Counted from the first letter of the stretch, positions 37,621 to 45,860 are shown. The stretch is 64,000 nt of DNA from Mariniphaga sp. (GCA_037128295.1 JBAXWR010000004.1:8423-72422), one strand, 5' to 3'. Made by a program: numbers and translations. Notes: generated from the sequence alone by a model not told the origin.

Positions 37621-38655
37621 TTAGAACATTTTTATAATCCAAAAGATTATAGCTGCCATTGCCATTGAAACAGGAATTGTTAGGATCCAGGCGTACAACA
37701 GGTTGACTGTAACACCCCATCGGACAGCGGAAACCCTTTTTGTAAGGCCAACTCCCATAATTGCACCGGTTATGGTGTGGGTTGTACTTACTGGTATTCC
37801 CAAAGCCTCTGTTCCAAATAACAACATTGCACCAGCACCTTCGGCTGCAACACCTTCAAAAGGAGAAAGCTTGGTGATTTTTGAGCCCATTGTCCGAACG
37901 ATCCTCCATCCTCCGATTAAGGTTCCGGCTGAAATTGCAGTGTAACATCCATAAACGATCCACAATGGAATGGTATGGATTTTACCTTCCACAAAAGTGA
38001 TTTGGGCCCAATGTGGAATGGTTGAAGGATCGGCAGTCTTAAAAAAAACCAGCAAAGATGCAGAGATGATCCCCATGACTTTTTGCGCATCGTTACCTCC
38101 ATGCCCGAGACTAAAAAGTGCGGAAGAAAACAACTGCCCAATTTTGAACCACCGCTGCAACCGAAATGGGTTGAAATTCCTGAAAATCCATAACATTGCT
38201 ATGGAAATGAAATAGGAAAGAATCATACCGATCAATGGGGCAAGAAATATAAACGATGCGATCTTGATGATTTTATCGGAATGGACGACACCCCAGCCGG
38301 CATAGGCAACCGCAGCGCCGGCAAATCCACCGACCAGTGTATGCGAAGAGCTTGATGGAATTCCCAGGTACCATGTTATCAGGTTCCAAATGATTGCGGC
38401 AATCACACCAGCCAGGATCACTTGAAGGTTAATTGATCCTGTGTCAACGACCTTTGCAATCGTATCGACGATATGAAGTTCAAATATTGCATAGGCTGCG
38501 AAGTTAAAAAAAGCTGCCCAGATAACAGCCTGCAATGGAGTTAATACTTTGGTTGATACAACAGTTGCAATCGAATTGGCAGCATCATGAAAACCATTAA
38601 TGAAATCGAAAATAAATGCCAACACAACAATAGAGATCAATAGTGTAAAATCCAT
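37621..38655 (-). CDS. pit: Inorganic phosphate transporter, PiT family
   Basis: 344 aa polytopic protein with the duplicated PiT signature (GFHDAANSIATVVST and GHGGNDAQKVMGI). Confidence 0.9.
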   Translation of the reverse strand: MDFTLLISIVVLAFIFDFINGFHDAANSIATVVSTKVLTPLQAVIWAAFFNFAAYAIFELHIVDTIAKVVDTGSINLQVILAGVIAAIIWNLITWYLGIPSSSSHTLVGGFAGAAVAYAGWGVVHSDKIIKIASFIFLAPLIGMILSYFISIAMLWIFRNFNPFRLQRWFKIGQLFSSALFSLGHGGNDAQKVMGIISASLLVFFKTADPSTIPHWAQITFVEGKIHTIPLWIVYGCYTAISAGTLIGGWRIVRTMGSKITKLSPFEGVAAEGAGAMLLFGTEALGIPVSTTHTITGAIMGVGLTKRVSAVRWGVTVNLLYAWILTIPVSMAMAAIIFWIIKMF

Positions 38656-38718
38656 AGTTTAAATCTTTAGTGTATTACCTTAAAGCAATTAAAAATAATG
38701 AATTATCTCCTAGCGTGT

Positions 38719-38745
38719 GTTACAGAAAGGTTACATTACGGTTAC
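38719..38745 (-). promoter_or_regulatory. Three GTAAC (plus-strand GTTAC) direct repeats at 38719, 38730 and 38741 (exact 11-bp spacing)
   Basis: The plus strand reads GTTACagaaagGTTACattacgGTTAC. The repeats are oriented with the PiT gene, 64-90 bp upstream of its ATG (38655). Confidence 0.55.
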
Positions 38746-38943
38746 GTTATTTGTCCTCTTTTCATCAAATAGGTTGGCAAAATGCTAGAACTAAAACCCA
38801 TTCTAATGTGGGAAATACCCATCATTCAGCTACACTCTCCATTTTAATTCCTCCTTGGTTTTAGCCACCAATTCATTGTCGGGGATTAAGCTGCCAACTG
38901 AAAAATGCATCAATTGAACCCTTTTTTTGTGCTGCCAATCCAC

Positions 38944-39290
38944 CTAAATAACATCTTCCGATTTCTTTTGCTTGAGCGCATAGTAAAGATAGCAAGCAAT
39001 ACCCTGTTTTTCAGCCATTTCGAACAATTCGTTCCAATCTTCCTGGGTAAGGACAGGAATTAAAGTGTTTTCGTTGTCCATTATCCGGTAGTAGGTTTCG
39101 GCCATACACGAGCCTAGGCACTTTGATTTTAAAATGCACCACGAACAAATCCCATTCAGTTTCAAAGGTATATCCTCCCTGATTTTCAATAGGGTAGGAT
39201 GTTCGATCCAAATAGTCTCCAATTTATCCTTTCCTACCTGACCAAAAACATATACTGGAATTGCATTAAATTACCAATACCTTGTAGACA
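38944..39290 (-). pseudogene. Remnant: C-terminal SPASM-domain end of a radical SAM maturase fused to the first ~45 codons of a nucleotidyltransferase-like gene
   Basis: In frame: ...FGQVGKDKLETIWIEHPTLLKIRE...CSWCILKSKCLGSC (CX2CX5CX3C), then MDNENTLIPVLTQEDWNELFEMAEKQGIACYLYYAL and a stop. An upstream stop truncates the radical SAM core. Confidence 0.45.
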
Positions 39291-39401
39291 AGTCATTCTT
39301 GAAAACATTATAATGGAAACAAATTGCGTTTGAATGGCTCCCCATTTCGAAAGGAGGAGTCGTTCAACAGTTTTTATCAGCGTGTATATATTTTTGTGAT
39401 C

Positions 39402-40337
39402 TTATTTTTTTATAAACGCCACAATATTCTCCATAAGTTCTTTTTTAAGTGGCAGATCCGGTAAGGTATAGGTAAGGATATTCTGTTGCCTGTCGAGTGG
39501 TGCTTCTTTCAGGATATGATTCATCCCATTGATGATGACCAGTTTGGCAGATGGCAGGGACTTGGCCAGACGGTTGGCATCATCGATACTGACCTGAATA
39601 TCGGTGGTGCCCTGTAAAATCAATACAGGGATCTTTAGTTTGGCAATCTCTTTTTGCGGGTCGTATTTGATCCATGAAATAATATAGGGTTGTACTGACT
39701 TGCGGAAAAGGGCATTTAATGAACCGGGGGTATTGTCCACGGTCCTTCCCGCAGCCAGTTCGTCAAGAATCGTATTGGTGGCAATGGAGATTGCAGGTGG
39801 CTGGCTTTTCATCTGTTCCCGCATAATCCTATCGGCAGGTTGACCTGCACCTGCAATTGAAACATATTTGTTCACATTCTTTTCCTGTGCTGCAATCATT
39901 CCGATCAACGATCCCTCGCTATGACCAATGATGACGACATTCGCAAATTTATACTCCTTTTTCAAAAAGGTGACCCAGTCTTTTGCATCGTTGACATAAT
40001 TGTCAAAACGGAGAACCTCTTCTTTTAACCCGGCAGACTGACTTTTGGCAATGCCCCGCTTGTCGTACCTTAGGGTAGCGATCCCCTCCTTATTTAAAGC
40101 CATTGCGATCATTTTCAATGAGTTGTTTTTCATTTGCGGATTGTTCCCGTCGCGGTCTGTTGGACCAGAACCTGCAATAAGCAATGCCACACAGTTTTTA
40201 GCATTGGGTGTTGCCACCATCAAGGTGCCTTCGAGGTCACCGGTTGAGGTCTTTAGTGTCACAATTTTCTCGGTCTGTCCGTATCCTATTGTAATTAAGG
40301 ATATTATCAAAAGATGGGTAAGAAGTAGTTTTTTCAT
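39402..40337 (-). CDS. Secreted alpha/beta hydrolase
   Basis: The ATG at 40337 gives a signal peptide (MKKLLLTHLLIISLITIGYGQ). A nucleophile elbow (GHSEGS) is present. Confidence 0.75.
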   Translation of the reverse strand: MKKLLLTHLLIISLITIGYGQTEKIVTLKTSTGDLEGTLMVATPNAKNCVALLIAGSGPTDRDGNNPQMKNNSLKMIAMALNKEGIATLRYDKRGIAKSQSAGLKEEVLRFDNYVNDAKDWVTFLKKEYKFANVVIIGHSEGSLIGMIAAQEKNVNKYVSIAGAGQPADRIMREQMKSQPPAISIATNTILDELAAGRTVDNTPGSLNALFRKSVQPYIISWIKYDPQKEIAKLKIPVLILQGTTDIQVSIDDANRLAKSLPSAKLVIINGMNHILKEAPLDRQQNILTYTLPDLPLKKELMENIVAFIKK

Positions 40338-40346
40338 TGTTTTTTT

Positions 40347-40401
40347 GAAATAAGTTGAAATATAGAGAAATAAATTGAAATATAGAGAAATAAATTGAAA
40401 T
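40347..40401. repeat. ~2.7 tandem copies of a 20-bp unit TTGAAATATAGAGAAATAAA
   Basis: Identical units at 40355-40374 and 40375-40394 with partial copies on both sides, 10-64 nt upstream of the hydrolase ATG. Confidence 0.8.
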
Positions 40402-40483
40402 GATGGAAATTCGATTCTTTGTGAATCTTTGTTCCTTTGTGGCGGAAAAATGAATGTCACACAGACTCGAAGTTACACTTGGA

Positions 40484-41128
40484 TTATTCCTCATGAGGTG
40501 CAATCCTTTGATAAATAAAATACGAATAAACAATAGGTACGATCACAAGTAAAGCGATTACAATTGCCATCATGATCTCCGGCTTTGGGATCACAAAAAG
40601 GGATGCGATACCGGCAAGCCCTCCCCAAAACCAAAGTTTGCCTGCAAATTTATGAGTCTGTATCCAAACTACATCGTTGTTCAATGTCCATGGCACCTTG
40701 ATACCGACAAAATAATTTGGGCGAATGGTTCCCATATAATTCCCAAGAAGTGTAAACAGAAGGTAAACGATGACCGGCAATAACAAACCCATCTTTTCTA
40801 TTCCGTGCAATGTATTGTAAATAACCATTGTATCAATCGCGCCAATCATTACGCACAGAATAACCCTCAGTTTAAAATAGGTATCGCTGAAAAGCTCGTA
40901 GTTCTTTTTCCTTGGATCGATGAATGGCACAACAATCATCAGGAAGTAAATGCCCAGGGGTAAAAAAACATAGACCAGTTTTGAGCCATAACCATTTGGG
41001 TCTCCATCAAAATCGAAATGGGTCGGCATCCTTTCGGGCAGGAGGCTCCAGTTGAGCAGCAAGTAAAAAACAGGGATTGCTGTTAATAAAAACAGGGATA
41101 TCTCCCTAATAACCAATTTAGTATTCAT
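40484..41128 (-). CDS. SdpI/YhfL-family membrane protein with N-terminal DUF1648
   Basis: Polytopic membrane protein. It carries a DUF1648-like LPERMPTHFDFDGDPNGYGSK segment and an SdpI-like C-terminal half (PNYFVGIKVPWTL). An alternative upstream ATG at 41164 overlaps the regulator gene. Confidence 0.7.
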   Translation of the reverse strand: MNTKLVIREISLFLLTAIPVFYLLLNWSLLPERMPTHFDFDGDPNGYGSKLVYVFLPLGIYFLMIVVPFIDPRKKNYELFSDTYFKLRVILCVMIGAIDTMVIYNTLHGIEKMGLLLPVIVYLLFTLLGNYMGTIRPNYFVGIKVPWTLNNDVVWIQTHKFAGKLWFWGGLAGIASLFVIPKPEIMMAIVIALLVIVPIVYSYFIYQRIAPHEE

Positions 41129-41136
41129 TTTTTCAA

Positions 41137-41394
41137 TTATTTGTTGTTGAATTGCATCATCCATTTTACGATCCCGTCAAAGATCGTTGTATTGATCGAG
41201 TATTTCTGAAACTGCCCTTCCCGTACACAGATCACCAGTCCTGCCTGTTTGAGCAGATCAAGGTGGTGAGAAATACTTGGTTTCGACATGCTGAACTGAT
41301 CGGCAATTTCTCCGGCTGTCCGGTCCCCTTTGTTCAGTAACTCAAGTATTTCACGCCTTGTAGGATCGTTTAATGCCTTGAAGAATGTATTCAT
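41137..41394 (-). CDS. ArsR-family autorepressor, SdpR-like
   Basis: 85 aa winged HTH (ALNDPTRREILELL...GEIADQFSMSKPSISHHLDLLKQAGLV). Confidence 0.8.
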   Translation of the reverse strand: MNTFFKALNDPTRREILELLNKGDRTAGEIADQFSMSKPSISHHLDLLKQAGLVICVREGQFQKYSINTTIFDGIVKWMMQFNNK

Positions 41395-41581
41395 ATTTAC
41401 AAAATTGTATAATTAGACAAATATCTAAATAAAATTCGATTTAAATTACATTGGGAATTATTTTTTTAATATTTTTTTGATTTATTCATTGGTTCGTTAG
41501 TATTTTAATATACAGATATTTAGAATCGGCAGACAAATCAGTAGCAAAAGAATCCCTGCAAATTCGAAATACTTCCATAAA

Positions 41582-42040
41582 TTAAACATTATCACCATAT
41601 TCTATCGCAGTTAACCTATCGTCAATAAATCTTATGCCGGCTATCGTATTTAGAAAGGCAACAGGTGATTTGCCATCGAGGAAGAATTTTTCTGTTGTTA
41701 ACCATTGATCAAAACCATCTTTTGACCCAAAAACCGGAATTCCATGTTTAATCAAAGACAGAAGTACAATGACATGCTCTTTAAGGTTTACCTTCAATCT
41801 TGAATTAGACTGCCGGTACGACCTGAATGATCTGACACTTATATTCAGCCATAAAGAAATTACCTCATCGTTCTGATCAGTCATCTCCTTGATCGTATCA
41901 ATATACTCCCAGTTTATATCATTGGTCTGCAACAGATTAAGGATTTCGCTGTCACTTATTCTATCGGGAACACTATTGAGAACCCTGTCATATTTTAAGG
42001 TATCAATGGCTGTTTCCATTTTCAAATATTTTTTAGTCAA
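41582..42040 (-). CDS. Xre/MbcA/ParS-type antitoxin-like protein (DUF2384 toxin-binding domain), no cognate RES toxin gene adjacent
   Basis: The C-terminal segment (FDQWLTTEKFFLDGKSPVAFLNTIAGIRFIDDRLTAIEYG) matches the DUF2384 pattern. The 187 bp downstream contain no ORF. Confidence 0.55.
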   Translation of the reverse strand: MTKKYLKMETAIDTLKYDRVLNSVPDRISDSEILNLLQTNDINWEYIDTIKEMTDQNDEVISLWLNISVRSFRSYRQSNSRLKVNLKEHVIVLLSLIKHGIPVFGSKDGFDQWLTTEKFFLDGKSPVAFLNTIAGIRFIDDRLTAIEYGDNV

Positions 42041-42083
42041 ACAATGTTCGGCAAAATTCCCATTTAAACAAGCAAAATTGCAT

Positions 42084-42581
42084 TTATTTCACTGGGATTG
42101 CTCTTTTCGGGAAGCTACCGAAGAACCTTAAAATCCTTGCGTGGAATTGATGCATCCCGGTTTGAATGGCAAACATTAAAATGCATTTGTGATAAATGAC
42201 ACTGTCGAAATCCATTAGTGCCTTTTCGTATATTCCGGAATTTGCCGAACCTTGTTGTAACCAGATTTTTTTGATTCCTGATGCTTTCAACCCTTCCAGA
42301 ATCACTGCGGTTTTTTCAGGTTTGGTGCAAACGATAGCAGCACCCACCTTTTCAGGTAATTCCGATAAGTGTTTGTAACATTTGATGTTTTCTATCTCTT
42401 CAAGGTTCTTATACATGGGAAAAATCCTGAACCCTTTAGCTATCAGTTCTTTTAATATAGTATTTCCAAACTTTTGTTTAACCTTAGATACGCCATACAA
42501 TACGAAAGGGCCGGATTTCAAAAAATCCTCGATTTGATTTAAAGTAGTTGGTTTATTCACATTAATCCTAATCGCTTCCAT
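42084..42581 (-). CDS. CoA-binding domain protein (YccU/YneT-like)
   Basis: 165 aa with a Rossmann-like CoA-binding pattern (FVLYGVS...GFRIFPMY...AIVCTKPEKT...IKKIWLQQGS). Confidence 0.65.
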   Translation of the reverse strand: MEAIRINVNKPTTLNQIEDFLKSGPFVLYGVSKVKQKFGNTILKELIAKGFRIFPMYKNLEEIENIKCYKHLSELPEKVGAAIVCTKPEKTAVILEGLKASGIKKIWLQQGSANSGIYEKALMDFDSVIYHKCILMFAIQTGMHQFHARILRFFGSFPKRAIPVK

Positions 42582-42639
42582 TTTTAATATTTTATTGTCA
42601 AGACAAATATAATCATAATTGCAAAAAAAATCATTGATC

Positions 42640-43056
42640 TCATTCCCCCATTATCGTCACAAAGATTCTCCGGGGTTCTGCATAATTCCGGAATTCACAA
42701 AGGTAAATGCCCTGCCAGGTTCCCAAATGCAACCTTCCGTTAACGATAGGGATGGTTACAGCAGCACCTAATATTGAAGACTTCAGATGGGCCGACATAT
42801 CATCGCTCCCTTCGTCACGGTGGATAAATATTTTATCGCCATCTGGAACGATCTTATTCATGAACGATTCAAAATCAGTGCGGACTGATGGATCAGCGTT
42901 TTCGTTGATTGTCAATGCTGCCGAGGTGTGCATGATAAAAAAATGGGCAATCCCCGTATTGGGAAGTACCGGCAACTTTGATTCCAATTCTCTGGTGATC
43001 AAGTGATACCCTCGTTTATGCGATGCCAGTATGATTTCTAATTGTTTAATCATCAA
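42640..43056 (-). CDS. yjbQ: YjbQ/UPF0047 family protein (secondary thiamine-phosphate synthase)
   Basis: 138 aa with family hallmarks: HTSAALTINENADPSVRTD, DDMSAHLKSSILG and LGTWQGIYLCEF. Confidence 0.85.
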   Translation of the reverse strand: MMIKQLEIILASHKRGYHLITRELESKLPVLPNTGIAHFFIMHTSAALTINENADPSVRTDFESFMNKIVPDGDKIFIHRDEGSDDMSAHLKSSILGAAVTIPIVNGRLHLGTWQGIYLCEFRNYAEPRRIFVTIMGE

Positions 43057-43164
43057 TATATTATAGTTTTCATTAATAATAATCCTAATTCAATATTCAC
43101 CTTGAATGCAAGTGGCAAGAATTTTTTCGAGGGGTTGGATCATCTTTGGGGAAGAACAGCCAAT

Positions 43165-43190
43165 CGCCAGTTGCCCGCCGCCAGTTGCCA
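43165..43190 (-). repeat. Heptamer-repeat copy (CGCCAGTTGCCCGCCGCCAGTTGCCA) immediately past the stop of the DUF4251 gene
   Basis: Two GCCAGTTGCC cores. Read on the minus (transcript) strand it gives GGCAACTGGCGGCGGGCAACTGGCG. Confidence 0.6.
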
Positions 43191-43195
43191 TTTTC

Positions 43196-43720
43196 CTATT
43201 TCTCTACTGGCTTCTCAACCTTTCCAACTTCACCCATATACGAAATGGAACTCTTCTGGTTGCAGTTGATGTTCAGCGTGGCATTTCCGTCAGGACTCAC
43301 AAAAAGCGATAGTTTATAAACATCTTTAATATCGGAAACCGTAACGTTCACCTCGTATCCTTTTCCGTTTTTCGCTTTGGCAATATTGTATTCTAATGGT
43401 TTTGCCCCGAACTTTATCCCACCATCACCGCCATAATCGACACTGTAAGCCCTTCCGAAATAGGGCATATAACTCTCTATCAATTCAGGGTCGAATTTCA
43501 AAAAATTGTGATTGGTAGTAAGATCGACAGATTCCCATCCTTGCGGCAAAGCCCGGTTTGCCACAAACTCGAAAGTTTTGGTATTGATCAACGAATCAAT
43601 GTAATGGTCTTTTACTATTTTGGCTTTTAACCGAAGTGCTTTCTTTGAGGTATTCTGGCCATACCCTGGTTGGATGACCATCATCAATAATAATATTAAA
43701 AGAACAATCCTGGATTTCAT
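43196..43720 (-). CDS. DUF4251-like secreted protein
   Basis: 174 aa with a signal peptide and a two-lobed beta-rich pattern typical of DUF4251 (FEFVANRALPQG...YMPYFGRAY...). Confidence 0.6.
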   Translation of the reverse strand: MKSRIVLLILLLMMVIQPGYGQNTSKKALRLKAKIVKDHYIDSLINTKTFEFVANRALPQGWESVDLTTNHNFLKFDPELIESYMPYFGRAYSVDYGGDGGIKFGAKPLEYNIAKAKNGKGYEVNVTVSDIKDVYKLSLFVSPDGNATLNINCNQKSSISYMGEVGKVEKPVEK

Positions 43721-43772
43721 GGCAACTGATTTTTATAAACGAAATTCAATTTACAATTCGTGTGCCAAAATA

Positions 43773-45731
43773 TTATTTCTCAATGACCAGCCTATCTTGC
43801 GCCATTCGGTTGTTAAATTGCTGGACAATTGCTTTTAAAAGTTTTTCCTGTTCGGGCAGATCGACCTTTCCCAAAAGATTCTTGAGCAGATAGGGATCTT
43901 CCTTCCGGTTAAAGATACCTGAAATCTTTTCATCGCTTAAATAGAAAACATAATCACTATAGAGGAACTGATAAGAATCTTCGGGGTAGTTGATCACAAA
44001 CCGCGGCGACGATGGATCGAAAAGGTTGTTCCCAAAAGCAATGTATGGTTTCGAATAGTTCATGTATCCCAATATCGATGGCATAATGTCGATCTGCTCA
44101 GCCAATGAGGTATCAACACCCGAAAGGCTGTTGTCGCCTTTATAAAATATCAGTGGCACAGCATGTTCCATCACGTTGGTTTTGTACTCTTTAAAGTCAG
44201 ACTCGGAACAATGGTCGGCAGTGATCACAAAAAGGGTATTTTTAAACCAGGGCATCTTTGACGATTTTTCGAAGAACTCCTTCAAGGCAAGATCGGTATA
44301 GCGGATGCATTTCTGAAGTGGGATATCTTCCTCCGGAAACTGTTGCTGATATTGTTTGGGGACTACAAATGGGTGGTGCGACGAAACGGAGAAAATAGTG
44401 GTCATGAAAGGTTCCTTCATCTTGTTCATCTCATCGGAAAAAAACTGGAAAAAAGGCTCGTCCCAGATTCCCCAGACTCCGTCAAAACCTTCATCATGAC
44501 CATATTCGTTCTTCCCAAAATAGCGCTGGTATCCTGCAATCTTCGTAAAAGCATCGAATCCCATCGAACCATTCGGGGCGCCATGAAAAAATGAGGTCTG
44601 GTAACCCTCTGCATCCAATATGCTTGCAAGGCTGTTGATCCTATTTCCAGACCTTTCGGAAATCACGTAAGGTAAAACTAATGCAGGGATACTAGCTGTA
44701 ACAGAGGGGATCGCATCAATCGATTTACGGCCATTCGCGAAAGCATTTGAAAAAACCAAACTCTTGGTTATCAGTGAATCAAGAAACGGGGTATAACCTT
44801 TGTATTGTCCATTTTTCAGATCTTTGTTCAAGGATCCAACAAATTCGCGGCTAAAGCTCTCAAGGATAATCACAACAACATTATCCTTTTTCAATGAATT
44901 GCCACTACCTATAGGTGGTGGCAATTCATTTCTTACCGGAGTGTAAATCTTATTCATTTCATCATCAGGCAAAAGGTTCATCACCTGAAAAGCTTTCTTT
45001 CCCCATGTTCTGATGACGCAGAATGGTGTATTGGTAACCAACGACATGTCACGTGTCGAGTTCACGTATTTCCCTGCATTGTTCATGTTGATAGGCCGGG
45101 TACTTGGCATATACCCACCGCGCATACCGATCACGCTCAGATAGGCAACCACCAGTAAACCAACTAATGATACTATCCCATATTTCCAGCTCCTTATCTT
45201 AACAACAGTGGGGCGTGGCGTAAAGACAGAATATAGTGATGAAAGTAACAACAATGTAACTATCAATAATACAGCAACATACCAAAAATCATAAAAAAAC
45301 CGAAGGAACAGTTTGTAATTTCCTGCATCATAACCCACAATATCGAACACACTGGCCGTGGTCCGTTTTAAGATAAACCGATAGTAGATAATATCGATAT
45401 GGTTTAATGTAAGTCCGATACCATTAAGGACCATAAAAACCCACTTGAGGAACCGCTGGTATCCATCATGAAATTTAAAGGGAAAGGGAAGCAGGTAAAA
45501 AACAAAGTATATAGCGTTGAGGTACAATACAGCACTAGTGTCGAACATTACCCCGCCCCTCATAATTTGCAAAAAGGAGGAAAAGGTAATATTTGGGAAT
45601 AAAGAGGTATTGAAAAGGTAAAAAATGATCCGCCCTATTGAAAACAAAAGCATGACGAGCGAAAACTGGTAAACCATCACAAGGTATTCGTTTGCCGGAA
45701 CCTTCCTGATTGAATAATTTGACAATTTCAT
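43773..45731 (-). CDS. LtaS/sulfatase-family phosphoglycerol- or phosphoethanolamine-type transferase
   Basis: 652 aa with an N-terminal multi-TM domain plus an extracytoplasmic alkaline-phosphatase-superfamily domain (VVIILESFSREF, SSHHPF, ADHCSE). Confidence 0.75.
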   Translation of the reverse strand: MKLSNYSIRKVPANEYLVMVYQFSLVMLLFSIGRIIFYLFNTSLFPNITFSSFLQIMRGGVMFDTSAVLYLNAIYFVFYLLPFPFKFHDGYQRFLKWVFMVLNGIGLTLNHIDIIYYRFILKRTTASVFDIVGYDAGNYKLFLRFFYDFWYVAVLLIVTLLLLSSLYSVFTPRPTVVKIRSWKYGIVSLVGLLVVAYLSVIGMRGGYMPSTRPINMNNAGKYVNSTRDMSLVTNTPFCVIRTWGKKAFQVMNLLPDDEMNKIYTPVRNELPPPIGSGNSLKKDNVVVIILESFSREFVGSLNKDLKNGQYKGYTPFLDSLITKSLVFSNAFANGRKSIDAIPSVTASIPALVLPYVISERSGNRINSLASILDAEGYQTSFFHGAPNGSMGFDAFTKIAGYQRYFGKNEYGHDEGFDGVWGIWDEPFFQFFSDEMNKMKEPFMTTIFSVSSHHPFVVPKQYQQQFPEEDIPLQKCIRYTDLALKEFFEKSSKMPWFKNTLFVITADHCSESDFKEYKTNVMEHAVPLIFYKGDNSLSGVDTSLAEQIDIMPSILGYMNYSKPYIAFGNNLFDPSSPRFVINYPEDSYQFLYSDYVFYLSDEKISGIFNRKEDPYLLKNLLGKVDLPEQEKLLKAIVQQFNNRMAQDRLVIEK

Positions 45732-45828
45732 ATGATTATAATTTGTTTTTTAGCGGCCAAATGGAACTCGCCATGAGATAATCATGCGTCTGTGTGTGAT
45801 AGGCTCCCATGGCTCGTTTCATGTTGAC

Positions 45829-45860
45829 TTAAAAAATAAAAGCTGCAAAATTAGCAGCTT
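45829..45860 (-). terminator. Hairpin AAGCTGC-N7-GCAGCTT with a U-tract on the minus strand (plus-strand AAAAAATAAA at 45831-45840)
   Basis: 7-bp stem at 45840-45846 / 45854-45860. It lies about 350 nt downstream of the fadD stop and about 100 nt upstream of the LtaS-like start. Confidence 0.5.

Noticed and set aside
9391-38745. Reading TGTAAC as an ECF-sigma -35 element (sigma-X/W type TGTAAC/TGAAAC-N16-17-CGTC)
   Set aside because: An ECF promoter needs a single -35 and a CGT-type -10. Here the hexamer is arrayed 2-4 times at exact helical-turn spacing, and the downstream elements look like standard TAnnTTTG boxes. An operator array is the better fit. I cannot fully exclude the ECF reading for the single copy at 9391.
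38670-38864. 64-aa plus-strand ORF upstream of pit
   Set aside because: It covers the three-box array and AT-rich spacer. The region is better explained as regulatory DNA.
41395-41581. Search for a RES-toxin gene or remnant downstream of the DUF2384 antitoxin
   Set aside because: No ORF of useful length exists in any frame by eye and the spacer is strongly AT-rich. Degraded remnants can only be ruled out by a tBLASTn search.
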